Below are positions 16,837-23,592 of a stretch of DNA of 23,592 nucleotides, piece after piece. A program made the translations under genes and the position numbers. A model generated the notes under the pieces. It saw only the letters and a list, made by a program, of their open reading frames with translations, was not told the origin of the DNA and did no database searches. The stretch lies in the IMG/VR virus record IMGVR_UViG_3300031857_023291, one strand, 5' to 3'. Every line of letters begins with the position of its first letter. The first letter of the stretch is position 1. The stretch is from an uncultured virus (IMG/VR IMGVR_UViG_3300031857_023291) (lineage: Duplodnaviria; Heunggongvirae; Uroviricota; Caudoviricetes).

Positions 16837-16846
16837 AATAAGGATA

Positions 16847-16854
16847 CAAATATA
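16847..16854 (-). promoter_or_regulatory. Bacteroidetes-type -7 element TATATTTG
   Basis: TAnnTTTG match in the divergent intergenic region upstream of the nucleotidyltransferase operon. Confidence 0.6.
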
Positions 16855-16949
16855 TGGAAAATATAAATAATAAAAAAGAAGAAATAGTAAAATTACAAAA
16901 ATATGTATCGGAAGTAATTTATTTAATTATTAAAACTAATATATAACTA

Positions 16950-17657
16950 ATGAAATTAAAAAATATATTATTCGCAGTAATAACTTTACTTTTGGTAAGT
17001 TGTAAAGTTACAAGTCAAACAAATAGAGAACTTTATGAGAAATCTATGATTAATTCTATCAGACCTGATAGTTCTAAAATCTCTTATGATTTAGTACAAA
17101 TTAATGATTCTAATACTAATCTTATTAGAAAGACTATTAATGGAGAAGAATATATTTTAGTATGTACTTGGAAACAAAATGTGAGTTTTTATCAAAAAGA
17201 TACTATTTTTAACACAGGTTCTTATAACATTTGGGTAACAACGGCACCTGAGTTAAAAGAAAGAATTAAATTAGAATCTCCTAAAGATACTAACTTAAGA
17301 TTAATTCAGTTATTGGGATTGCCACCTACTTCTAAGTATTCCTACTTTGTTGAGTTTTGGGTTAGACCGGTAGACCTTTTCAGACCTTGTCCTGATAAAG
17401 AAATTTGGGATGGTAATTGTGATTTGTGTTTTCCAGAAGGAACTTCTAAAGAACACATTGATTGGATAAATGAAAATCGTATTTCAAGATACTATCAGTG
17501 TGACCTTTACAATCAGTATCCGTGGGGTCAATTAGGTTATACTTATGATTGGAATCCTAAGAATAAGACACATATAGGTTTAAGTGAGTTTATTATTGAT
17601 AAGAATAAAACTATTTATGTAAATAGAATAGTTACTACTTCTGAGTATTTCAAATAA
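16950..17657 (+). CDS. Putative lipoprotein of unknown function
   Basis: Signal peptide II-like N-terminus ending LLLVSC; motifs QLLGLPP, LFRPC.D and YPW..LGYTYDW; TAATATATA directly upstream. Confidence 0.8.
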   Translation: MKLKNILFAVITLLLVSCKVTSQTNRELYEKSMINSIRPDSSKISYDLVQINDSNTNLIRKTINGEEYILVCTWKQNVSFYQKDTIFNTGSYNIWVTTAPELKERIKLESPKDTNLRLIQLLGLPPTSKYSYFVEFWVRPVDLFRPCPDKEIWDGNCDLCFPEGTSKEHIDWINENRISRYYQCDLYNQYPWGQLGYTYDWNPKNKTHIGLSEFIIDKNKTIYVNRIVTTSEYFK

Positions 17658-17711
17658 GTCAAAATTTTTTTTTAAACTAGTTTAAAGACCTAACTCATTT
17701 ATTTTATCTAA

Positions 17712-19055
17712 TTATTTAAATTTCTTTTTTAATTCGTTTAAATCTTGAATATACATATCCTTTGGATCTGTTTCTTCCATCTTTTGAATCTCTGTTTTCT
17801 TTTCAACAAAGTCAGCTTTCAATTTATCAAAAACTTCTTTTGTAAGTGAGTAGATTGGCATTCTGAGTAGATAGTCATAAGAGTCATCAATTTTATCGAG
17901 TGACATTTCTTCTATACCTTTTATAATTTCAGCTTTAGGAACATTATTGACTTTTAGTTTTTCATCTAAAATTGCTTTAATAAATTTACCTCTATTTGAA
18001 AGAATTTTTAAATCTCTATTCATTCTTTCAAGTAGATAAGCTTTTCTTTTATGATAATATTCTAATCTAAAATTAACAAAGTATTTAATTATCTCTTGAG
18101 TGCATTCAAATATTTTTAACTTACCAAATTCATCTAATGTTGAAAATATTTCAGTAGATGATTCTTCTAATTTTAAGAGTTTAACCAATTTTTCATCATC
18201 CATTTTTTCTAAATCAGCTCTTGTAAATTTAATAGTATAATCAATATTAGCTTTACAATTGTCATCATAAGAAACAATTAGTTTATCATCAACTAACTTA
18301 TCTAAAATATCTTCATACTTTTCATACGTCATCGATGGTGGAAGTTCCGTTATTTTGACAGTAGATGTATTTGCTCTTACAAACTTTCCTCTAATTATCC
18401 ATCTTTTTAAATTCTCAGTATCTTGAATGTAATCACCAGTGAATCCATTTAAGGATGGTTTAATCTCACCTGGTTCTTTTCCACTAAGAACTCTAAGACA
18501 GGCATCGATAATAGTTTTAATGTCTCTATTTAATATGTTAGAAGCAAAACCTACTGCTATTCCAGATGATCCATTTAATAAAACTGTTGGAACAATAGGA
18601 AGAAAATAATGTGGCTCAATTACCTCACCTTCTTCTTCTTTAAAATCTAATAGTTCAAAGTCTTTATAAATAAGTCTGAAATTCTCGGATAGTTTAGTTC
18701 CGATATAACGAGGAGCACCTGGTTGTGGTGACCTCAAAGAACCAAATTGTCCTTCTTCTTCTAAAAGAGGAGCATTATTCTTAAATCTTTGAGCCATTGT
18801 AATAATGGCATTCGAAAGTGAAGCATCTCCGTGATGGTAAAAACAATCAGATGCAACTTTACCACTTAATTGAAATACTTTAAGTGTTTTTTCATTTCCG
18901 GTTCTCCAGATTTGGTTAGCAATATGTATAATCTTTCTTTGAGTTGGTTTGAATCCATCTATTACAGAAGGAATTGCACGACCTTCAATAACATACATTG
19001 CAAACTCTTTATACTCATCGGATAAGAATTGTGATATACTTTTTTCTGTCATCAT
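17712..19055 (-). CDS. gp52: Type II DNA topoisomerase, DNA breakage/reunion subunit (T4 gp52-like / GyrA N-terminal)
   Basis: RAIPSVIDGFKPTQRK, YHHGD.SL, GQFGS, catalytic APRYI, LLNGSSGIAVGF and ITELP; no GyrA C-terminal pinwheel. Confidence 0.95.
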   Translation of the reverse strand: MMTEKSISQFLSDEYKEFAMYVIEGRAIPSVIDGFKPTQRKIIHIANQIWRTGNEKTLKVFQLSGKVASDCFYHHGDASLSNAIITMAQRFKNNAPLLEEEGQFGSLRSPQPGAPRYIGTKLSENFRLIYKDFELLDFKEEEGEVIEPHYFLPIVPTVLLNGSSGIAVGFASNILNRDIKTIIDACLRVLSGKEPGEIKPSLNGFTGDYIQDTENLKRWIIRGKFVRANTSTVKITELPPSMTYEKYEDILDKLVDDKLIVSYDDNCKANIDYTIKFTRADLEKMDDEKLVKLLKLEESSTEIFSTLDEFGKLKIFECTQEIIKYFVNFRLEYYHKRKAYLLERMNRDLKILSNRGKFIKAILDEKLKVNNVPKAEIIKGIEEMSLDKIDDSYDYLLRMPIYSLTKEVFDKLKADFVEKKTEIQKMEETDPKDMYIQDLNELKKKFK

Positions 19056-19060
19056 AACTC

Positions 19061-19073
19061 GTATATAGTAAAA
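19061..19073 (-). promoter_or_regulatory. TTTTACTATATAC motif upstream of topoisomerase gp52-like gene
   Basis: Same 13-mer at 22152-22164 (+) upstream of the other topoisomerase subunit. Confidence 0.55.
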
Positions 19074-19091
19074 ACTTATTTTTGTTTTTAT

Positions 19092-19826
19092 CTAATCTAA
19101 TATAACAAGTTTGATATCACCACTTAAATCCTCATATAAAAATGAGCAACTCTCACAGAAATCACCTGTATTATAGTATGTTTTTTCACCTATTTTTTCA
19201 ATTGCTGGTGTGTGAATATGACCTATCATAATTGAATCACAATTTACTTCTTCAACTTTTTTTATTGATAGAATCTTAAAATCATTAATAAATGAAATAG
19301 CATTTTTAACTTTCGATTTAAGATATTGTGAAAGTGACCAATATTCCATTCCAAATACTTTTCTAAGTTTATTATAACATTTATTAATTTTAAAACTCAT
19401 CTCGTAAGCCCAGTCACCTAAAACATATAAGAAAGGATGTAGTCTAATAAAGCCATCAAATTGGTCACCATGACAAATATAAATCTTTTCTCCTTTAGAT
19501 GTCTGATAAAAATACTCATCACAAATAAGAATATCTCCTAAGTTTATATTATCTTCTTTTATCAGACCTCTCAAGAAGTAATCGTGGTTTCCTAAAATAT
19601 AAGTAACTTTAGTTTCTTTTCTGGATGCTCTTAGAATCTTTTGTATTACAGTAGAATGGTCAGGTTTCCAATAAAACTTTCTTTTGAGTGATGTTAAATC
19701 TATAAAATCACCAACTATAACCAACTCTTTAAATTCATAGTCTTTTAGAACTTGAAGTAGTTTATCTGCTTGACATTTCGATGTTCCTAAATGAACATCA
19801 GATATAAATAATGTTCTAACCTTCAT
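19092..19826 (-). CDS. Calcineurin-like metallophosphoesterase, UDP-2,3-diacylglucosamine diphosphatase (LpxH-like) family
   Basis: SDVHLG, VGDFID, LGNHD, HGDQFD, GHIH and NTGD motifs. Confidence 0.88.
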   Translation of the reverse strand: MKVRTLFISDVHLGTSKCQADKLLQVLKDYEFKELVIVGDFIDLTSLKRKFYWKPDHSTVIQKILRASRKETKVTYILGNHDYFLRGLIKEDNINLGDILICDEYFYQTSKGEKIYICHGDQFDGFIRLHPFLYVLGDWAYEMSFKINKCYNKLRKVFGMEYWSLSQYLKSKVKNAISFINDFKILSIKKVEEVNCDSIMIGHIHTPAIEKIGEKTYYNTGDFCESCSFLYEDLSGDIKLVILD

Positions 19827-20781
19827 ATATGTTTTTAATTTTTAATAGAATATCCTCTATTGGATTTTCCCATTTGTAATCAACTTTTTTGTAATTTACT
19901 AGCCAATTTTTTAAGTTAACACTATCAAACTTGTCCGTAAAAACACCCATATGTTTTAATAGTAAAGAATTAGATAATTGTTCATACTGACTTTGAATAG
20001 GAATTGACCACAACTTTTTGTTTAATATTAAAGCCTCTGATGTTGTTGAAAATCCAGATGCTGTTATTACACCACTACAATTAGTTAAATCTTTTTGAAA
20101 TTTCTCTTTATTTAGTTTTATAACTTTTATATTTTTCGATTCATTTGAGTGTCCTTCATTAGAATAAACTCTAAATTTATGTTTTTTAAATTCTGATAAT
20201 TGGTTAAGTATATAATCTAAATTATAAGATGGTAAATAAATTAAAAAGAAATTCTTATCATTAATTTCACTATTTAAAAAGTAGTCAGATATAAACGGTT
20301 GATAAATAAAATCGTCAAATTTTTCATAGCTAAGTGCAATATACTCATCACAAGGTGCAAAATTTCTTATGAATTGCAGTGAGAATATACCTTTAATTTT
20401 AGGTGTTTTATTTGATATCAATGAATACTGATTAGCAATTCCTAAAGATTTCACACCACATCTTTTTGCAGACCAGGCAGATATAGGTTCGAAATCAGAT
20501 ATAACTAAATCATATTCAGTTACATCTTGCATTGAATCCTTTATTAGTTTTATAATGTTAGCTTGTTTTATTGTTTTTCTCCAGTCAATTGAACCAGATT
20601 TATTTGAAAATATTGACAAACCATCAAAGTGTTTATGTTTAAATGGAAGTTCTAAATTAGAGTTACTACCTGAAGAAAAAATATCAACATCATATCCAAC
20701 TGACTTTAGTTTATTGATTAGTTCAATTGATCTTGTTATGTGGCCATTGCCATTAAGTTGAATTCCATATAGAATTTTCAT
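19816..20781 (-). CDS. GT-B fold glycosyltransferase (MJ1255/GT28-like family)
   Basis: MKILYGIQ..GNGHITRS, DLVISDFEP, GVIT.SGFSTTSEAL and P...QYEQ..N motifs. Confidence 0.88.
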   Translation of the reverse strand: MKILYGIQLNGNGHITRSIELINKLKSVGYDVDIFSSGSNSNLELPFKHKHFDGLSIFSNKSGSIDWRKTIKQANIIKLIKDSMQDVTEYDLVISDFEPISAWSAKRCGVKSLGIANQYSLISNKTPKIKGIFSLQFIRNFAPCDEYIALSYEKFDDFIYQPFISDYFLNSEINDKNFFLIYLPSYNLDYILNQLSEFKKHKFRVYSNEGHSNESKNIKVIKLNKEKFQKDLTNCSGVITASGFSTTSEALILNKKLWSIPIQSQYEQLSNSLLLKHMGVFTDKFDSVNLKNWLVNYKKVDYKWENPIEDILLKIKNIYEG

Positions 20782-20891
20782 AACTTATTTATTCTGTAAA
20801 AAAGTATCTTAGTTTATGGAATCGACTAAAAAATAAAATTATAAAGGATTTTAAAATGTTAAATTAATATTAAATAATTAATATATAGATT

Positions 20892-21587
20892 ATGAAAAGA
20901 CTTAATAAGTATGACCAGTTTCTTATTTTAGAGAAGTTTGACGATAATTTCAAAGCTGAATTACAGAGACTTGGTATAACAGATGAAGATGAAATCAATC
21001 GTCATCTTTATTTTGCACATAGAGGACACTTATCTGACTATTTACGAACACAGGGTAAAGAAATTAAGTTTGGTATGATAAGAGCTCTTTTCTTAGATGC
21101 TCAAGTCGCTAAAAAAAGAACAGATTTAAAAGTAGGAATTGTTAAAGCTATACATAGAATACTTCCTATGGCACTTGCTCCTTTCTTTCCTATAGCGGCA
21201 ATATTTGGAATGATATTTGGATCCACCAGAGCATTTAACAAAATATTAGCTCCGATATTACAAGACTCATCACATTCTTACGAAGGATTTCTAAAAAGTT
21301 TTATTGATAGCTCAATGAAAGTGGCTGAAGGTGAGATTCCAGTTAAAGACCGTTTTACAAGAGCATTCGTTGTTTCTGATAGATTAGTAGCAGCAATAAG
21401 ACCAGAAGTCTTACAACAATTCTCTTTTGATTTATCGAATAGAATGTCTAAGGAAGATCCAGACATGGTTGTTCCAGATAATTATATTGAAAATGAATTA
21501 AAAGAATTCTTAAATAGAAATTTCGATGTAAACCCACCAATACCATTAAAAGGTGATACCAATTGGGATGATATTGAATCGATGTAA
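20892..21587 (+). CDS. Hypothetical protein, possible virion-internal protein
   Basis: 231-aa ORF after TTAATATATAG; N-terminus MKRLNKYDQFLILE; central hydrophobic segment. Confidence 0.8.
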   Translation: MKRLNKYDQFLILEKFDDNFKAELQRLGITDEDEINRHLYFAHRGHLSDYLRTQGKEIKFGMIRALFLDAQVAKKRTDLKVGIVKAIHRILPMALAPFFPIAAIFGMIFGSTRAFNKILAPILQDSSHSYEGFLKSFIDSSMKVAEGEIPVKDRFTRAFVVSDRLVAAIRPEVLQQFSFDLSNRMSKEDPDMVVPDNYIENELKEFLNRNFDVNPPIPLKGDTNWDDIESM

Positions 21588-21588
21588 A

Positions 21589-22089
21589 TTAACAAACAGG
21601 TAATTTCCAACCAGGACAATTACCATTTACTAAACCCTCTGATTCTACTAACAAATTTTCATCGATTATATAAGCTAGTAAATTACCATTTAAATCGGTA
21701 GCTGGTTGCTGACCAAGTGAATCATAGTATAAATTACAATCAACGGCATCATAGTATAATTTACCATCTAAATCAGTTGATTGGTTTTGTAAATAATAAT
21801 CACATAAATTGGTCGGTGAATTAAAAACTTTATAATTTAACTCTCTGGCTACTATTCTTGAGAAATTATTAATACCAGCATTAGTATCTTCGACTGTGCA
21901 ATTTATAACCAATGGTCTTACGGTAACGTTACCAGGAATTAAGACAATTTTATTTCCATCAAAATTTATAGAAAGAATACTACCCGATGAAATTGAAAAA
22001 TTATTCGATTCTGAGGATGAATTTATATTCTTTTCGAACAATAAAGTAATCTCACCATCTGCTTCGTAACATTTAACTAAACTATTCAT
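21589..22089 (-). CDS. Hypothetical protein
   Basis: 166-aa ORF with an internal repeat-like TDLDGKL/TDLNGNL; TAATATATATA upstream on the minus strand. Confidence 0.7.
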   Translation of the reverse strand: MNSLVKCYEADGEITLLFEKNINSSSESNNFSISSGSILSINFDGNKIVLIPGNVTVRPLVINCTVEDTNAGINNFSRIVARELNYKVFNSPTNLCDYYLQNQSTDLDGKLYYDAVDCNLYYDSLGQQPATDLNGNLLAYIIDENLLVESEGLVNGNCPGWKLPVC

Positions 22090-22186
22090 AATTACTATTT
22101 TTTTGTTATATATATTATAGTCAATTTATTTCGTATAAAACAATTTTTGACTTTTACTATATACATTCTAAAAATTAAAAAAAAAT

Positions 22187-23592
22187 ATGTCACTTGATAA
22201 GAAGTTTCAGAAACTTGACGATATTGAACATGTAATTTTAAGACCTGGTATGTATATCGGTTCAATCAAACCACATACTTCTAACAAATGGTTAATTTCA
22301 GAAGAAGGTGTTCAACTAAAAGAAGTAACTTATAATCCTGGCTTTTTAAAGATATTTGATGAGATTATCACTAACTCGGTTGATGAGTCTAAAAGAAAAG
22401 GAAGTAAATTAAATTCAATTAAAGTAACTATAGATAGAAGTACAAATACAATTACCATTTGGGATAATGGTGGAATTCCTGTTGTCAAACACACTGAACA
22501 CAAAGAATGGATTCCAGAAATGATATTTTCGAATCTAAAAGCTGGTTCTAACTTTGATGATTCAGAAGCCAGAAGTTGGGCAGGAACTAATGGTGTTGGT
22601 TCTACTTTGACAAATATCTATTCAAAAAGATTTACTATTTCAACTTGTGATGGTAAAAATAATTTCACTCAAACTTTCTCAAATAATATGAGAGAAAGAA
22701 CAGAGCCAATAATTAGTGCTTCTAAAAAAGGATACACAGAGATTTCATTTATGACTGATTTTGAAAAGTTTGCACTAACAGGAATAGATGATGACCATTT
22801 TAAAATGTTAGAGAAAAGAGTTTATGATTTAGCAGCTTGTAATACACATCTTAAAATACACTTCAATGGAAAACTGCTCTCATTTAATTCATTTGAAGAT
22901 TACATAAAATTATATGTCAAAGATTATTTCTTTGAATCATCTAAAGATAAAAATTGGTCTTTTGGAATTGCTCTTTCCGATAATGGATTTCAACAAGTAA
23001 GTTTTGCCAACTCAACAGAGACATATGATGGTGGAACTCATGTTGATTATATTATGAATCAAATAGTTGTATCTCTAAGAGAATTCTTTATGAAAAAACA
23101 TAAAGTAGATGTAAAGCCATCCGAATTAAAGCAACATATGTTTCTTTTCTTAGACTCAACTATAATTAATCCATCATTTTCTTCTCAAACAAAAGAGAAA
23201 CTAATTACAGAAGTTAAAGACTTTGGTTCAACTTATGAGGTTCCAAATAAATTAATCCAATCTATTCTTAAATCTGAGATTGTCAATTCTATTTTAGACT
23301 GGATTCAACAAAAGAAAAGTGCTGAAGACTCAAAACTTCAAAGAGAATTAAATAAAAAGTTATCTAAAATCAAAGTTGAAAAACTAATTGATGCTAAAGG
23401 AAAAGATCGTTGGAAATGTTCCATTGGATTATTCGAGGGAGACTCCGCTATTTCAGCTTTTAGAAAATACAGGACTCCGGAGACGATGGGTGCTTTTGCA
23501 CTTAAAGGAAAGTTTGTTAATGTATCTGAGATGACTAATCAAAAACTGGTTGGAAATGATGAAGTGGTTAATTTGATGGCGGCAATTGGACT
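22187..23592 (+). CDS. gp39: Type II DNA topoisomerase ATPase/TOPRIM subunit (T4 gp39(+60)-like / GyrB-like), partial
   Basis: Translated by hand from ATG 22187: MSLDKKFQKLDDIEHVILRPGMYIGS, KIFDEIITNSVDE, WDNGGIPV, AGSNFDD, AGTNGVGS, GGTHVD, FSSQTKE, FEGDSA and ALKGK. Open to the window end, so absent from the ORF track. Confidence 0.95.
   Translation, partial: MSLDKKFQKLDDIEHVILRPGMYIGSIKPHTSNKWLISEEGVQLKEVTYNPGFLKIFDEIITNSVDESKRKGSKLNSIKVTIDRSTNTITIWDNGGIPVVKHTEHKEWIPEMIFSNLKAGSNFDDSEARSWAGTNGVGSTLTNIYSKRFTISTCDGKNNFTQTFSNNMRERTEPIISASKKGYTEISFMTDFEKFALTGIDDDHFKMLEKRVYDLAACNTHLKIHFNGKLLSFNSFEDYIKLYVKDYFFESSKDKNWSFGIALSDNGFQQVSFANSTETYDGGTHVDYIMNQIVVSLREFFMKKHKVDVKPSELKQHMFLFLDSTIINPSFSSQTKEKLITEVKDFGSTYEVPNKLIQSILKSEIVNSILDWIQQKKSAEDSKLQRELNKKLSKIKVEKLIDAKGKDRWKCSIGLFEGDSAISAFRKYRTPETMGAFALKGKFVNVSEMTNQKLVGNDEVVNLMAAIG

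Noticed and set aside
345..21466. Short ORF-track entries antisense to or nested in longer genes (345..539, 1333..1662, 5202..5420, 6473..6799, 7098..7283, 7880..8071, 9031..9372, 10501..10737, 12135..12344, 12175..12366, 12682..12885, 15259..15447, 16329..16556, 20555..20761, 21278..21466)
   Set aside because: Essentially fully overlapped by better-supported genes, with shadow-frame composition and no motifs.
1..23592. Alternative genetic code (TAG/TGA reassignment), as seen in some large phages
   Set aside because: Genes are intact and tightly tiled under the standard code; TAG (187-189, 19092-19094) and TGA (e.g. ATGA overlaps) act as real stops.
1..23592. tRNA, rRNA, CRISPR array, introns/inteins or transposons
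   Set aside because: Intergenic gaps are short and AT-rich with no cloverleaf or repeat-spacer pattern; the topoisomerase genes show no visible insertions within the window.

Overview
AT-rich, gene-dense window from a large dsDNA (jumbo/T4-like) bacteriophage genome, standard genetic code. The host is probably a Bacteroidetes member: TAnnTTTG -7 promoter elements precede several minus-strand genes, and there are Bacteroidetes-type gene modules. Recognisable genes: HExxH-metallopeptidase/vWA protein, 2OG-Fe(II) oxygenase, beta-class DNA methyltransferase, two lipoproteins, UVR-motif protein, flavodoxin-like reductase, rhomboid protease, nucleotidyltransferase, both subunits of a T4-type topoisomerase II (divergent, about 3 kb apart), an LpxH-like metallophosphoesterase and a glycosyltransferase. 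The most striking unexplained signal is a shared C-terminal peptide tag, R-[DENS]-x-[KR]-[IL]-x-x-[IL]-[LGNTI], on 11 (possibly 12) mostly unrelated small minus-strand hypothetical proteins. It is conserved at protein rather than DNA level and absent from the recognisable enzymes. Two more proteins carry a second C-terminal module (DIDxILDKI...G..SLTIEE..FLD, DUF6576-like), near a rhomboid protease. Two promoter classes are visible: host-type TAnnTTTG (several apparently leaderless) and a TATATA-core motif that may be phage-specific.
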